Below, piece by piece: positions 48,100 to 59,151 of a stretch of 64,000 nt of DNA. The stretch is from contig CAVWWD010000005.1 in the NCBI GenBank assembly GCA_963758635.1, positions 352,001 to 416,000 on the forward strand. Reading direction: 5' to 3'. The translations under genes and the position numbers were made by a program. This DNA comes from an uncultured Candidatus Rokubacteria bacterium (GTDB taxonomy: Bacteria > Methylomirabilota > Methylomirabilia > Rokubacteriales > CSP1-6). Within the stretch, counting starts at the first letter, position 1; every line of letters begins with the position of its first letter. The notes under the pieces are model-generated. The model had not been told where the DNA came from. It saw only the letters and a program-made list of their open reading frames with translations, and searched no databases.

Positions 48100-49461
48100 T
48101 CACAGGATGTAGCGCGAGAGGTCCTCGTCCTTGACCACGTCGGCGAGGCGGGCGGTGGACGTACTCGGCGTCGATGACGATGGTCCGGCCCGACTCCGTC
48201 CGGCGCCGTGAACGAGATCTCATCGAGCAGGCGCTCCATGATCGTGTAGAGCCTCCGGGCGCCGATGTTCTCGGCCCGCTGGTTCGACCAGCGAGGCGAT
48301 CTCCGCGATCGCCTCGACGGCGTCGGGGGTGAAGCTGAGCGTCACGCCCTCCGTCTTCAGCAGCTCGACGTACTGGCGCAGCAGCGCGTTCTCCGGCTCG
48401 CCAAGAATGCGGACAAAGTCGGCCCGGGTCAAGGGCTCCAGCTCGACACGGATGGGGAACCGGCCCTGGAGCTCGGGGATCAGGTCGGCGGGCTTGGCGA
48501 CGTGGAACGCGCCGGCGGCGATGAAGAGCACGTGGTCCGTCCGCACCATCCCGTACTTGGTGCGTGACCGTCGGAGCCCTCGACGATGGGCAGGAGGTCC
48601 CGCTGCACCCCCTCCCGGGACACGTCGGGGCCCCGGCCCCCTTCCCGCCCCGCGATCTTGTCGAGCTCGTCGAGGAAGATGATGCCGGAGTTCTCCACGC
48701 GCTGGATGCCCTGCGCCACCGCCTCGTCCGCGTCCACCAGCTTCTGGGCCTCTTCCTGGGTGACGAGCCGGCGCGCCTCCGACACCTTGAGCCGGCGCCG
48801 GCGGGTCCGGCCGCCGGGCATGAGCTGGGAGAGCATGTCCTTGATGTTGATTCCGACCTCCTCCATGCCGTGCCCGGAGAAGATCTCGACGCATGGGGCC
48901 GCCGCTCGCCGCCACGTCCATCTCGATGATCCGGTCGTCCAGGCGGCCCGCGCGGAGCTGGGCGCGCAGCTTCTCGCGCGTGGCGTCGCGGGAGGCGTCC
49001 TGCGAGACCTCCTCGATGGTGCTCGACACGAACGCCTCGCCGGCACGGCGCGGCAGCAGGAGGTCGAGGAGCCGGTCCTCCGCCGCCGCCTCCGCCTTGT
49101 CGCGGACCGCCGCCGCCATCTCGGCCTTGACCATGTTCACCGACAGCTCGGTGATGTCGCGCACCATCGACTCCACGTCCCGGCCCACGTAGCCCACCTC
49201 GGTGTACTTCGACGCCTCGACCTTGAGGAAGGGCGCCTGGGCGAGGCGGGCGAGGCGGCGCGCGATCTCCGTCTTCCCCACCCCGGTGGGGCCGATCATG
49301 ATGATGTTCTTCGGCGCCACCTCGTCCCGCAGCTCGGGCGGCAGGTTCTGGCGCCGCCAGCGGTTCCGGAGCGCGATGGCCACCGCGCGCTTGGCGCGGT
49401 CCTGGCCGACGATGTAGCGGTCCAGCTCGGCGACGATCTGGGCGGGGGTGAGCGCGCTCAC
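48100..49461 (-). CDS. hslU: ATP-dependent protease ATPase subunit HslU (frameshifted)
   Basis: [52 protein letters not shown]. Confidence 0.96.
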
Positions 49462-50022
49462 GGCAGCGTCTCGACGGTGATGTGATCGTTCGTGTACACG
49501 CAGATGGACGCGGCGATCCGGAGCGCCTCCTCGGCGATGCCCCGGGCGTCCAGCGTCGAGTGCGCGCGAAGGGCGCGCGCCGCGGCGAGCGCGTACGGGC
49601 CGCCGGAGCCGATGCCCACGAGCCCGTCGTCGGGCTCGATCAGGTCGCCGGTGCCGGAGACGATGAACGACACGTCGGCGTCGGCGACCACGAGGAGCGC
49701 CTCGAGCCGGCGCAGCACGCGGTCCATCCGCCAGTCCTTGGCCATCTCCACCGCGGCGCGGGGGAGGTTCCCGCGATACTCCTCCAGCTTGGCCTCGAAC
49801 TTCGCGAAGAGCGTGAACGCGTCGGCCGCCGTCCCCGCGAAGCCCGCGAGCACGCGACCGTGGTAGACCTTCCGGACCTTGCGCGCGGAGGCCTTCACCA
49901 CGGTCTGGCCGATCGACACCTGGCCGTCGCCGCCCAGCGCCACGCTGCCGCGGTGGCGCACGCAGACCACCGTGGTGGCGCGCAGCCGGCGTGGCCTCGC
50001 CGCCCGGATCGGATCGCGCCAT
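49458..50022 (-). CDS. hslV: ATP-dependent protease subunit HslV (indel near start)
   Basis: [41 protein letters not shown]. Confidence 0.95.
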
Positions 50023-50925
50023 CACGCAGGGCCCGCCGCGGGGTGCGCGCGGGGGTGCGCCGCGTCGTACACCGTCATCAGGCGCTCCGGGCTCACGTGA
50101 GTGTAGCGCTGGGTGGTGGACAGGCGGCGATGGCCGAGCAGCTCCTGCACCAGGCGCAGGTCCGCGCCCTCGCCCATCATGTGGGTGGCGAAGGTGTGGC
50201 GGAACGTGTGCGGCGTCACGCGCCGGACGATGCCGGCCGCGCGCGCCTGGCGGCCGACGATCCGGTGCATGCTCCGCGTCGTCAGCCGTCCGCCGCGATC
50301 GTTGGTGAAGAGCGCGCCGCCCGTGGACGCGCGCGCCGACACGTATGCATCGAGGGCGCGTGAGGGCCGCGTCGCCGACCGGCACCACGCGCTCGTGTCC
50401 GCCCTTGCCGAGCACGCGGATCGTCCCCGGCCCCGGTCCAGGTCCGCCACGTCCAGGCCGCAGCACTCCGCCACGCGGATGCCGCTCGCGTAGAGGAGCT
50501 CGAGGATGGCGTGGTCGCGCCGGCCCGATGGCGTGTCGGCCGGCTCCCGGTCGAGCAGCTCCTTGGACTCGTCCTTGGGCAGGAACGACGGCAGGCGGTC
50601 GGGCACGCGCGGCGCCCGCACCTGGCGGGCCGGGTTCGACGCCACGAACCCGCGCCGGGCCAGGAAGCGGAAGCAGCTCCGGACCGCGGCGAGCTTGCGC
50701 GAGATGGACGCGCGAGCGAGCCCGCGCTGGTGCAGGCTCGCCACGTAGGCTCGTACGACGCGTGCGTCCACCATCGTCGGGCCCGGCCACGCGTGTCCGG
50801 TCGAGGAACTCCACGAAGCCCGCGAGATCGCCGGCGTAGCTCCGGAGGGTGTGCGGTGACGCGCGGCGCTCGCTGGCGAGGTATTCGAGGAAGGCGGCGA
50901 TGGGATCGGCGGGAGCACCAGCCAT
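50022..50925 (-). CDS. xerC: Tyrosine recombinase XerC (frameshifted)
   Basis: ASPHTLRSY, RDHAILELLYASGIR, VLGKG, TPHTFRHTFATH, VQELLGH..LSTTQRYTH; topA-xerC-hslVU context. Confidence 0.9.
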
Positions 50926-50940
50926 TGAGCGACCAGCGCC

Positions 50941-53193
50941 TCAGGCGACGGTGGGCTCCAGCTCGGCCTTGTAGCCGCAGCCTTCCTTGACGCAGGCCCG
51001 CACCGTCTTCCCGCCGCGCAGGAAGCGCTCGGTGAGGAACGGGGCGCCGCACGTGGGGCACGGCTCGCCCACGGGACGCTGCCAGACCGAGAAGGTGCAC
51101 TTCGGATAGTTCGCGCACGAGTAGAAGGTCTTGCCCCGCCGCGACCGCCGCTCGACGAGCTGCCCGCCGCATCCCTCCTGGGGGCAGACAATGCCGAGGG
51201 GCACCGGCTTGGTCGTCTTGCACTCGGGGTAGCCCGAGCACGCCACGAACTTCCCGAACCGTCCGTGCTTGACCACCATGGGCTTGCCGCAGGTCGGACA
51301 GCTCTCGTCCCACGGCTCGTCGGGCGGCTTCTCCCGCGCCCCCGCGAGGTCCTTGGTGAACTTGCAGTCGGGATACGCCGAGCAGGCGAGGAACTTGCCG
51401 TACCGGCCCCACTTCTCGACGAGGCCCTTGCCGCAGTCCGGGCACGCCTCGCCCGTCTTCACGCCTTCCTTCAGGTCTTCCATCTTCCGGCCGGCGCGGG
51501 CCAGGTCCTTGGCGAACTCCTTGTAGAAGGCCGCCACCGTCTCCACCCAGTCCGCGTCGCCCTCCTCGATCTTGTCGAGCGATTCCTCGAGCTGCGCGGT
51601 GAACTCGACGTCCATGACCTCGGGGAAGTGCGGGACCAGCATGTCCGTGACCTGCATGCCGAGGTCGGTGGGGAAGAGCGTCGCCCGCTCGCGCCGCGCG
51701 TAGCCGCGGTCCTGGATGGTGGACAGGATCTGCGCATAGGTCGACGGCCGTCCGATCCCGCGCTCCTCGAGCGCCTTCACCAGCGACGCCTCGGTGTAGC
51801 GCGGGGGCGGCTGGGTGAAGTGCTGCTTGGGATCGAGCGAGCGGAGCTTGAGCACCTCGCCCTCGACGAGCGGGGGCAGCGCGATCTCCGCCTCGTCCTC
51901 CGGCACCTCGTCGGACTCCTCGCGCGACTCCACGTACACCGCGGTGAAGCCCGCGAAGCGAAGGCTCGACCCGACCGCGCGGAACAGGGTCTCCCCGGCC
52001 ACGATGTCCACGGCCATCGTGTCGTAGACGGCGGGGAGCATCTGGCTCGCGAGGAAGCGCTCCCAGATCAGCCGGTACAGCGCGAGCTGGTCCTTGGTGA
52101 GGAAGCGGGTGATCGCCTTCGGCTCGCGCGCCACCGACGTGGGCCGGATGGCCTCGTGGGCCTCCTGCGCGCTCTTCTTCGACCGGTAGACGGGGGGCGA
52201 CGCGGGCAGGTACTCCGCGCCCAGCCGCGCCTGCACCCACTCCCGCGCCTCGGCCTGGGCGTCCTGCGAGACCCGCACCGCGTCGGTGCGCATGTAGGTG
52301 ATGAGCCCGACCGCGCCCTCGTCGCCCAGCTCGATGCCCTCGTAGAGCTGCTGGGCGAGCATCATGGTCCGCTTGGCCGTGAAGTGCAGGCGCCGGCCCG
52401 CCTCCTGCTGGAGCGTGGAGGTGATGAAGGGGGCGGCGGGGTTCCTCCGGCGCTCCCCGCGCGTCACCGACTTCACCCGCCACTCCACGCCGTGGAGCGC
52501 GGTCATCACCGCGAGGGTCTCGGTCTCGCTCGGCAGGCTCACCTTCTCCCCGCGGATCTCCCGCAGGGTCGCCTCGAACTCGGGCAAGGCCTGCGCGCGA
52601 AGCCGGGCGTGGAGCGACCAGTACTCGACGGGAACGAAGGCGAGGATCTCGCGCTCGCGCTCGGTGATGAGGCGGACGGCCACGGACTGGACGCGTCCGG
52701 CCGAGAGCCCGCGGCGGATCTTCTCCCAGAGGAGCGGCGACAGCTTGTAGCCGACGAGCCGGTCGAGGACGCGCCGCGCCTGCTGGGCGTCGACCTTCTT
52801 CTTGTCGATCTTGCCCGGGTGCTCGAACGCCGCGCGCACCGCCCGCTCGGTGATCTCGTTGAAGAGGATGCGGTGGGTGTGCGCCTTCGCCACGCCCAGC
52901 TCCTCGGCGAGGTGCCAGCCGATCGCCTCGCCTTCCCGGTCCGGGTCGGTGGCGATGTAGAGCTCGTCCACCTTGGCCGCGGCCTTCTTGAGCTCGTCGA
53001 GCACCTTGCGCTTCGCCGGCACCACCGTGTACGCGGGCTTGAACTTCTTCGCCGTATCCACGCCCAGCTTGGACTTCGGCAGGTCGCGCACGTGGCCCAT
53101 CGAGGCCTTCACGATGAAGCCGGGATCCAGGTACTTCTGGATCGTCTTGACCTTCGCGGGCGACTCCACCACCACCAACGACCGCTTGGCCAC
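50941..53193 (-). CDS. topA: DNA topoisomerase I with C-terminal zinc ribbons
   Basis: VVESPAK, ATDPDREGE, SAGRVQS, ITYMRTD, GIGRPSTY, C4 zinc-finger repeats. Confidence 0.98.
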   Translation of the reverse strand: MAKRSLVVVESPAKVKTIQKYLDPGFIVKASMGHVRDLPKSKLGVDTAKKFKPAYTVVPAKRKVLDELKKAAAKVDELYIATDPDREGEAIGWHLAEELGVAKAHTHRILFNEITERAVRAAFEHPGKIDKKKVDAQQARRVLDRLVGYKLSPLLWEKIRRGLSAGRVQSVAVRLITEREREILAFVPVEYWSLHARLRAQALPEFEATLREIRGEKVSLPSETETLAVMTALHGVEWRVKSVTRGERRRNPAAPFITSTLQQEAGRRLHFTAKRTMMLAQQLYEGIELGDEGAVGLITYMRTDAVRVSQDAQAEAREWVQARLGAEYLPASPPVYRSKKSAQEAHEAIRPTSVAREPKAITRFLTKDQLALYRLIWERFLASQMLPAVYDTMAVDIVAGETLFRAVGSSLRFAGFTAVYVESREESDEVPEDEAEIALPPLVEGEVLKLRSLDPKQHFTQPPPRYTEASLVKALEERGIGRPSTYAQILSTIQDRGYARRERATLFPTDLGMQVTDMLVPHFPEVMDVEFTAQLEESLDKIEEGDADWVETVAAFYKEFAKDLARAGRKMEDLKEGVKTGEACPDCGKGLVEKWGRYGKFLACSAYPDCKFTKDLAGAREKPPDEPWDESCPTCGKPMVVKHGRFGKFVACSGYPECKTTKPVPLGIVCPQEGCGGQLVERRSRRGKTFYSCANYPKCTFSVWQRPVGEPCPTCGAPFLTERFLRGGKTVRACVKEGCGYKAELEPTVA

Positions 53194-53207
53194 GTTCGTA
53201 CGCTCCC

Positions 53208-54226
53208 TCACGCGCCGCCCGCGCGGGCGAAGCGCTTGCCGGCGAGCTGTCGCACGGTTCCCTCGAGCTCCAGCGTCAGCAGCAGCGCGGAGGCGCGGCC
53301 GGAGCTCATCCGGCTGCGCTCGATGATGTCTTCGATGGATACGGCCTCGTCGTCGCCGATGGCCCTCAGCACGTGGCCCTTGTCTCGATCATCACCATCA
53401 TCAACATGCCTGTCGGCATGTTGACCGTGGTCGTCTCGGTCGCGAGCTTCCCGCTGTTGGCACGGCGGCGCGTGGCGCGACTTTTCCGCGCGCGGCGGGC
53501 CGGAGTCACGGTCACGCAGGCTCGCCACTGGGAGGGGAGCTGGTTGACCACGTCTTCCCAGTCCTCGGCGAGGATCGCGCCGTCCTTGATCAGGCGGTGG
53601 CAGCCGCGGCTCGCGGGGGACGTGACGCGTCCCGGCACGGCCATCACCTCGCGGCCGAGGTCGGCGGCCCAGCCCGCGGTGATCAGCGCGCCGCTCTTCT
53701 CTGCCGCCTCGACCACGACCACCACCAGCGAGAGCCCGGCGATCACCCGGTTGCGCTGGGGGAAGTGATACGGCAGCCCGCGGGTGCCCGGCGCGAACTC
53801 CGAGACCAGCGCGCCCCGCTCCATGATCTCCCCGGCGAGGTGGCGATTCTCCGGCGGGTAGATGACGTCCACGCCCGTGCCGAGCACGGCGATCGTGCGG
53901 CCGCCGGCGCGCAGCGCGCCGCGGTGAGCGGCGGTGTCGATGCCGCGCGCGAGCCCGCTCACGATCGTCACGCCCCGCCGCGCGAGATCGCCGGCCAGCC
54001 GCTCGGCCTGCTCGAGGCCGTACGCGGTGGCGCGCCGCGCGCCAACGAGCGCCACCGCGAGGGCGTCGCCGGCGTCGATGCGCCCGCGCAGCCACAGCGC
54101 GGACGGCATCCCCGTCACGTCGCGCAGCTGGACGGGAAACTCGTCGCTCGACGCGTTCACGAGCCGCGGCGCCGTCGTCGTAGCGACGGGGAAGACGCGG
54201 CGTTCTCCCGATGTGTCCGTATTCAT
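53208..54226 (-). CDS. dprA: DNA-processing protein DprA (short N-terminus; frameshift in linker)
   Basis: ALVGARRAT.YG, VSGLARGID, FPQRNRVIAGLS, EAAEKSGALIT; winged helix LLTLELEG in a second frame. Confidence 0.93.
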
Positions 54227-54328
54227 ACGCTTGTCGTCGAATTCGCTCGAGGCGCTCCTGGAACAGCGCGCCTCAGTATACCTTCGACGGTGATCGCGTC
54301 AAGAATCGGACGGAACGACCGGCGCCGC

Positions 54329-54565
54329 TCAGCGCGCGCTGCGCTCACCGGCGCGGCCCGCGAGCAGGCGGCGCGCGCGCGTCGCCGCCTCCGTGCCCGG
54401 ATGCTCGCGCACCACGCGTTCCCGCGTCGCGCGGGCGCGCGCCCCGTCGTCGAGGCGCTCGTGGCACGCGGCGATCCGCAGCAGCGCGTCGGGCGCTCGA
54501 GGGCTCTTCGGGTAGGCGTCGACGACGCGCTGGAACTCCACGACGGCCTGGCGGAAGTCACGCTC
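54329..54565 (-). pseudogene. C-terminal TPR fragment of a CpoB/YbgF-like protein
   Basis: DFRQAVVEFQRVVDAYPKSPRAPDALLRIA...HPGTEAA; in-frame stop just upstream, no N-terminal domain. Confidence 0.55.
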
Positions 54566-54657
54566 CCTTCACGGCAGTCGGACCGTAGCACTCGCCTCGA
54601 AGAAAAGTCAAATTTCCTGGGCGTTACGGCGCCGAGGGTGGTGCTAGCATGCGCCCC

Positions 54658-55659
54658 ATGGACGATCCCGCGTGGCCCTTCTGGGCGGCGGCGCTGCTCA
54701 CCGGCCTCGCGTTCGGCTTCGTTCTCCAGCGCGGCGGCTTCTGTCTCACTCGCGCGATCTCGAACCTGGCGCTGATGGGCGACGCGAGCATCATGCGCGC
54801 GTACGTGCTCGCCCTCCTCGTGGCGATCGTCGGCGTGCACGTCCTCATCGCCACCGGCCTGGTCGACGTGCCGGTGCGCCCGTTCCGCTGGGCCGCCAAC
54901 GTGCTCGGCGGGCTCCTCTTCGGCGTGGGCATGATCCTCTCCGGCGGTTGCTCGGGCAGCACGTGGTACCGCGTCGGCGAAGGGGCGATCGGCGCGTGGG
55001 TCGTGCTGCTCGGCTTCGCCATGGGCGCCACCGCGACGGCCGTGGGCGTGCTGGCGCCGGTGCGCGCCGCCCTCGCCGCGCCGGGCCTCACGATCGCGCA
55101 CGCGGGCGGCGGCTCCCCCACCCTCGCGAGCGTGCTCGGCCTCTCGCCGTGGATCGTGATCGCCGTCCTCGCGGTGGCGGGCGGGGCGTGGATCGCGCGC
55201 GGGGCGAGGGAGCCGGAGCACGGGAAGTGGCCGTGGCCGCTCACCGGCGTGGCCGTGGGCGTCCTGATCGCGGTGGGCTGGTGGACGTTGAGCTTCGGCG
55301 ACCGACCCGTGGGTATCACCTTCGCCTCGAACACCGGCCACCTGCTGACGTATCCCCTCGTGGGCTATCCCAACCGGGTGACGTGGAGCATGGCCATGCT
55401 GCTCGGCGTGCCGGTGGGCGCGTGGGTGGCGGCGTGGCGCGCCGGCGAGTTCCGCTGGAAGCTGCCGCCCGGCTGGAGCCTGGTGAAGATCTTCGGCGGC
55501 GGGCTCCTGATGGGCGCGTCCGCGCTCGTCGCCGAGGGGTGCAACATCACCCAGGGGCTCACGAACTCGGCCACGCTCTCGGTGGGGAGCCTGGTGGCGT
55601 TCCTGGCGATGCTCGCCGGCGCCTACGCGACGCTCTGGACGCTCTACCTCCGGAAGTGA
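54658..55659 (+). CDS. YeeE/YedE (TsuA-like) sulfur-compound transporter
   Basis: FGFVLQRGGFC, GGLLFGVGMILSGGC, GGLLMG..ALVAEGCNI (three conserved Cys). Confidence 0.9.
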   Translation: MDDPAWPFWAAALLTGLAFGFVLQRGGFCLTRAISNLALMGDASIMRAYVLALLVAIVGVHVLIATGLVDVPVRPFRWAANVLGGLLFGVGMILSGGCSGSTWYRVGEGAIGAWVVLLGFAMGATATAVGVLAPVRAALAAPGLTIAHAGGGSPTLASVLGLSPWIVIAVLAVAGGAWIARGAREPEHGKWPWPLTGVAVGVLIAVGWWTLSFGDRPVGITFASNTGHLLTYPLVGYPNRVTWSMAMLLGVPVGAWVAAWRAGEFRWKLPPGWSLVKIFGGGLLMGASALVAEGCNITQGLTNSATLSVGSLVAFLAMLAGAYATLWTLYLRK

Positions 55660-55697
55660 CGCGGAGACGCCGGGCCGGGCGGGCCCGCCCCTGCCAA

Positions 55698-56924
55698 TCA
55701 GTCGCGCAGCACGATCACGTCGACCCAGCCACCGGCGGGAATCGTCGTGTCGCCTGCGACCACGGCGAGCCCGTCCGCCGCGACCATCGACCGGAGGATG
55801 CCCGAGCCCTGGTCGCCGGTGAGGCGGGCGGCGAGCCCGTCTCCGTCGCGCGCGAGCGTCACGCGGAGATAGCCGCGCCGCCGGCCCGGGTTCGGGATGT
55901 CCTCGATCGCGCGCGCGCGAACGGTCGGACGCGTGACCCGGGGATGCCCGCCCAGCCGGAGCAGCGCCGGCCGCACGAACAGCTCGAAGGTCACCATCGC
56001 CGACACCGGATTGCCCGGCAGGCCGAACACCGGCACCGTCCCCTTGCCTGGCGGAGAGGCGGGAATGCTCGCGAACGTGATCGGCTTGCCCGGCCGCATG
56101 TTGACCAGCCAGAGGTGCTGCTCGGCGCCGAGCCGGGCCAGCGCCTCCTTCACGAAGTCGTGGTCGCCCACCGACACGCCGGCGGACGAGACGAGCAGGT
56201 CGCAGCCGAGACCCCACGTGAGGCGCTCCTGGATGTCCTCCAGCCGGTCGCGCGCCACGCCCAGGTTGACCGGCACCGCGCCCGCCTCCAGCACCTGGGC
56301 GGTGAGCGAGTACGTGTTCGAGTTGGGGATCTGCCCGCGCTCGATGCGGCCGCCGAGGTCCACGATCTCGTCGCCGGTGGACAGGATCCCCACGGTGGGC
56401 CGGCGCATCACGCGGACCTGGTGGCGCCCGACGGTGGCGAGGGCCCCGATGTCGGCGGCCCCGATCACCCGGCCCGGCTCCAGCAGGACGTCACCCGGAC
56501 GCATGTCCTCGCCGCGGGGTCGGACGTAGTCGCCCGCGGGCGCCGACCGCGGCACCAGCACGTCCTCGCCGTCGAGCCCCACGTCCTCCTGCGGCACGAC
56601 GGTATCCGCCCCGTCGGGGAGCGGAGCGCCGGTGAAGATGCGGTAGGCCTCGCCGGGCTCGAGCCGGCGGTCCGCCATGTTCCCCGCGGGCACGCGCCCG
56701 GCCACGCGCAGGCGCACCGGACGCGTCGCCGCGGCCTCGCGGACGTCCTCGGAGCGGAGCGCGTAGCCGTCCATCGAGGAGTTGGGCCAGGGCGGGAGGT
56801 CGCGGTTGGCCACCACCCGCTCGGCGAGCACGCGGTGGAGCGAGTCCATGAGCCCCACGCGCTCCTCGCCCACGCGGCCGATGCGCGAGAGGACCTGCTC
56901 GAGCGCTTCCTCGACCGAGATCAC
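55698..56924 (-). CDS. moeA: Molybdopterin molybdotransferase MoeA/Glp
   Basis: SSMDGYA, IFTGAPLP, STGDE, GVSVGDHD, RPGKP, GLPGNPVS. Confidence 0.96.
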   Translation of the reverse strand: MISVEEALEQVLSRIGRVGEERVGLMDSLHRVLAERVVANRDLPPWPNSSMDGYALRSEDVREAAATRPVRLRVAGRVPAGNMADRRLEPGEAYRIFTGAPLPDGADTVVPQEDVGLDGEDVLVPRSAPAGDYVRPRGEDMRPGDVLLEPGRVIGAADIGALATVGRHQVRVMRRPTVGILSTGDEIVDLGGRIERGQIPNSNTYSLTAQVLEAGAVPVNLGVARDRLEDIQERLTWGLGCDLLVSSAGVSVGDHDFVKEALARLGAEQHLWLVNMRPGKPITFASIPASPPGKGTVPVFGLPGNPVSAMVTFELFVRPALLRLGGHPRVTRPTVRARAIEDIPNPGRRRGYLRVTLARDGDGLAARLTGDQGSGILRSMVAADGLAVVAGDTTIPAGGWVDVIVLRD

Positions 56925-56981
56925 GACCCGATTGTATCGCGGGCGGCGCGCCGCGGGAGCACGGGCCGCGGGAGCGGGGGG

Positions 56982-58136
56982 CTACCGTTCCTGGCGGAGG
57001 AGCGGCCCGTACCGGTCGAGGAACCGCCCGCGCATCAGGACGAACAGCGCGAAGAAGCCGGCGGTGATCAGGAGCTCGGCGATCCCGATCGGCCACACGT
57101 TGGCCTTCGAAATCGACGGGAACACCACCATGATCCGCTCGAGGAAGATCGCCGTCCACCCCATGAAGATGATCACGATCAGGGGCTTGTGGGCGGTCGG
57201 CGGCCGGCCGGTGAGGCGCTTGAGGAGGTACGAGAACGGCACGAGCGCGCCCACGATGAGGATCACCCAGGCGAGCGTGCGCCACGGGTCGGCGAAGAAG
57301 CGCCGCAGGAAGAAGCGCGTCTCCACCGGCACGTTGCCGTACCAGATCACCAGGTACTGGGAGAAGAAGAAGTACATCCACATCACGCACATCGCGAACG
57401 TCAGCTTCGCCACGTCCTGGATGGCCGACGGCGACACGCTGGTGAGGCCGCGCGCGTTGGCCCGGATCGTCAGGAAGGTCACGAGGCCGAAGCCCGGATA
57501 GAGCGAGGTGACGACGTAGTAGCCCCCGAAGAGCCCGCTGTACCACGCCGGGTCCAGCGCCATCAGGAGGTCGAACCCCCACAGCGAGAGGACGATCACA
57601 TACAGAGCCAGCAGCGTGCCGGCGAGGCGGTTCCGGCGGCCCATCCCGGCGGGCTCGTTGGGCGTGGCCTCCGCGAAGACCGCGCGCGTGAAGGTCCACG
57701 CCACCCAGTAGAGGAGCGCCGCGCCGATGCCCGTGCGCAGCACGAAGAAGGGCACGTTGAGCCACTCCTTCTTCTTCACGACGAGCTGCGGGTCGTTGAC
57801 CCACGGGTACAGGGTGCCGATGCCGAAGGCCAGCAGCACCAGGAGGAGCACGAAGGACACGGGCAGGAACCCGGAGGTGGTGAGCGCCATCCGCTTCACC
57901 GTCGGGGACCAGCGCGCCTCGGTGAGCTGCATCATCGCGGCGATCGCGGGCCCGGTGATGGCGAAGCTCGACCAGAACAGCAGGTTCACCAGGTAGATGC
58001 CCCACGCGCGCGTGGCGTCGGCCTGGAAGATCCCGTGGAGGAAGGCGGCCGCCCCGGCGAGGGCCAGGACCCCGAGGACCATCTGCGATCCGCGCGCGCC
58101 GCCCGCGGCGGCGCCCGGGACGGTCACCACGCTCAT
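56982..58136 (-). CDS. actF: Alternative complex III subunit ActF-like membrane protein
   Basis: Multi-TM; EWLNVPFF, FDLLMALDPAWYSGLFG, SQYLVIWYGNVPVET. Confidence 0.85.
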   Translation of the reverse strand: MSVVTVPGAAAGGARGSQMVLGVLALAGAAAFLHGIFQADATRAWGIYLVNLLFWSSFAITGPAIAAMMQLTEARWSPTVKRMALTTSGFLPVSFVLLLVLLAFGIGTLYPWVNDPQLVVKKKEWLNVPFFVLRTGIGAALLYWVAWTFTRAVFAEATPNEPAGMGRRNRLAGTLLALYVIVLSLWGFDLLMALDPAWYSGLFGGYYVVTSLYPGFGLVTFLTIRANARGLTSVSPSAIQDVAKLTFAMCVMWMYFFFSQYLVIWYGNVPVETRFFLRRFFADPWRTLAWVILIVGALVPFSYLLKRLTGRPPTAHKPLIVIIFMGWTAIFLERIMVVFPSISKANVWPIGIAELLITAGFFALFVLMRGRFLDRYGPLLRQER

Positions 58137-58645
58137 CGCTGGGCCGCCAGGGTTCGCAGGAAGTTCACGACGTGCCAGCGTTCCTCAGCGGAGAGCGCCT
58201 CGGCGTAGGAGGGCATGACCGCGCCCCCCGCGCTCATGTAGCTCTGCCAGTACCCGTCGGTGCGGCCCTTCTGGAGGTCGGGGTTGGTGAGGTCGGCGGG
58301 GGGCACGAACTTGGCCGACACCAGGCCGTCGCCCTTGCCGGACGTCCCGTGGCAGGGCGTGCAGTACACCATGAACAGCTCGCCGCCCTTCCGCACCGAC
58401 TCCGGGCTCGTGGGCACCGGGTTCTTCCGCTGCGCCGCCGCCTCGCGTTCTTCTTTCGGGTAGTAGAGCTCGCCGCCCGTGCGCGGCACGCTGCCCACCG
58501 GCATCGCGAACGCCCGCTCGCCGGGCATCACCTTGGGGGTCTGGGTCATGTTGTCGACCCAGCGGATGGCGACGTTCATCCCGAGCAGGCCGGCGGCGCC
58601 GCCGACGGCGACGACCACCACCAGCACGAAGACGTACTTCATCAT
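58133..58645 (-). CDS. actE: Monoheme cytochrome c (ActE-like)
   Basis: N-terminal TM, single CTPCHG, distal [12 protein letters not shown]. Confidence 0.85.
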   Translation of the reverse strand: MMKYVFVLVVVVAVGGAAGLLGMNVAIRWVDNMTQTPKVMPGERAFAMPVGSVPRTGGELYYPKEEREAAAQRKNPVPTSPESVRKGGELFMVYCTPCHGTSGKGDGLVSAKFVPPADLTNPDLQKGRTDGYWQSYMSAGGAVMPSYAEALSAEERWHVVNFLRTLAAQR

Positions 58646-59151
58646 CGCCGGATCTCCTCGGCGCCCGCCGCGGTGAGCAGCGATCCCGCGGCGTCGGCCC
58701 GGTCCGGCGGACAGGACACCGCGACCCCGAAGCGGTCCAGCGTGAAGCGCGGATCATAGGTCGGCGATGGGGAGAGCTTCGGGAGCTTGCCGAGCACCAG
58801 CACGGACAGGAGCGTGGCGAGGCCGCACAGCAGGATGCTCAGCTCGAACGCGATGATGATGAAGGGCGGGATCGACACCGGGGCCTTGCCACCGGTGACG
58901 AGCTCCCACTTGAGCGAGGTCCAGATGGTCAGGAAGAACGCGGTGGCGGTGCCGGTCAGGGCGCCGGCGATGCTGAAGAGACGCACCTTCGAGAGCGCCC
59001 GCCCCTTCTCCATCTCCTCCTCGATCTCCTCGATGGGCACCGGCGTGTACACGGTGAGGTCGGAGAAGCCCTTGGCGCGGAGCTGGCGGATGGCGTCGAG
59101 GGTGGTGTCGACGTGGGCGAAGACCCCGAGGACGCGTGAGCCGGCCGCCAT
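58642..59151 (-). CDS. actD: DUF3341 family protein (ActD)
   Basis: [36 protein letters not shown]. Confidence 0.88.
   Translation of the reverse strand: MAAGSRVLGVFAHVDTTLDAIRQLRAKGFSDLTVYTPVPIEEIEEEMEKGRALSKVRLFSIAGALTGTATAFFLTIWTSLKWELVTGGKAPVSIPPFIIIAFELSILLCGLATLLSVLVLGKLPKLSPSPTYDPRFTLDRFGVAVSCPPDRADAAGSLLTAAGAEEIRR

Noticed and set aside
50022..50925. Tyrosine recombinase as a phage or island integrase
   Set aside because: It sits in the conserved dprA-topA-xerC-hslVU context; a housekeeping XerC.
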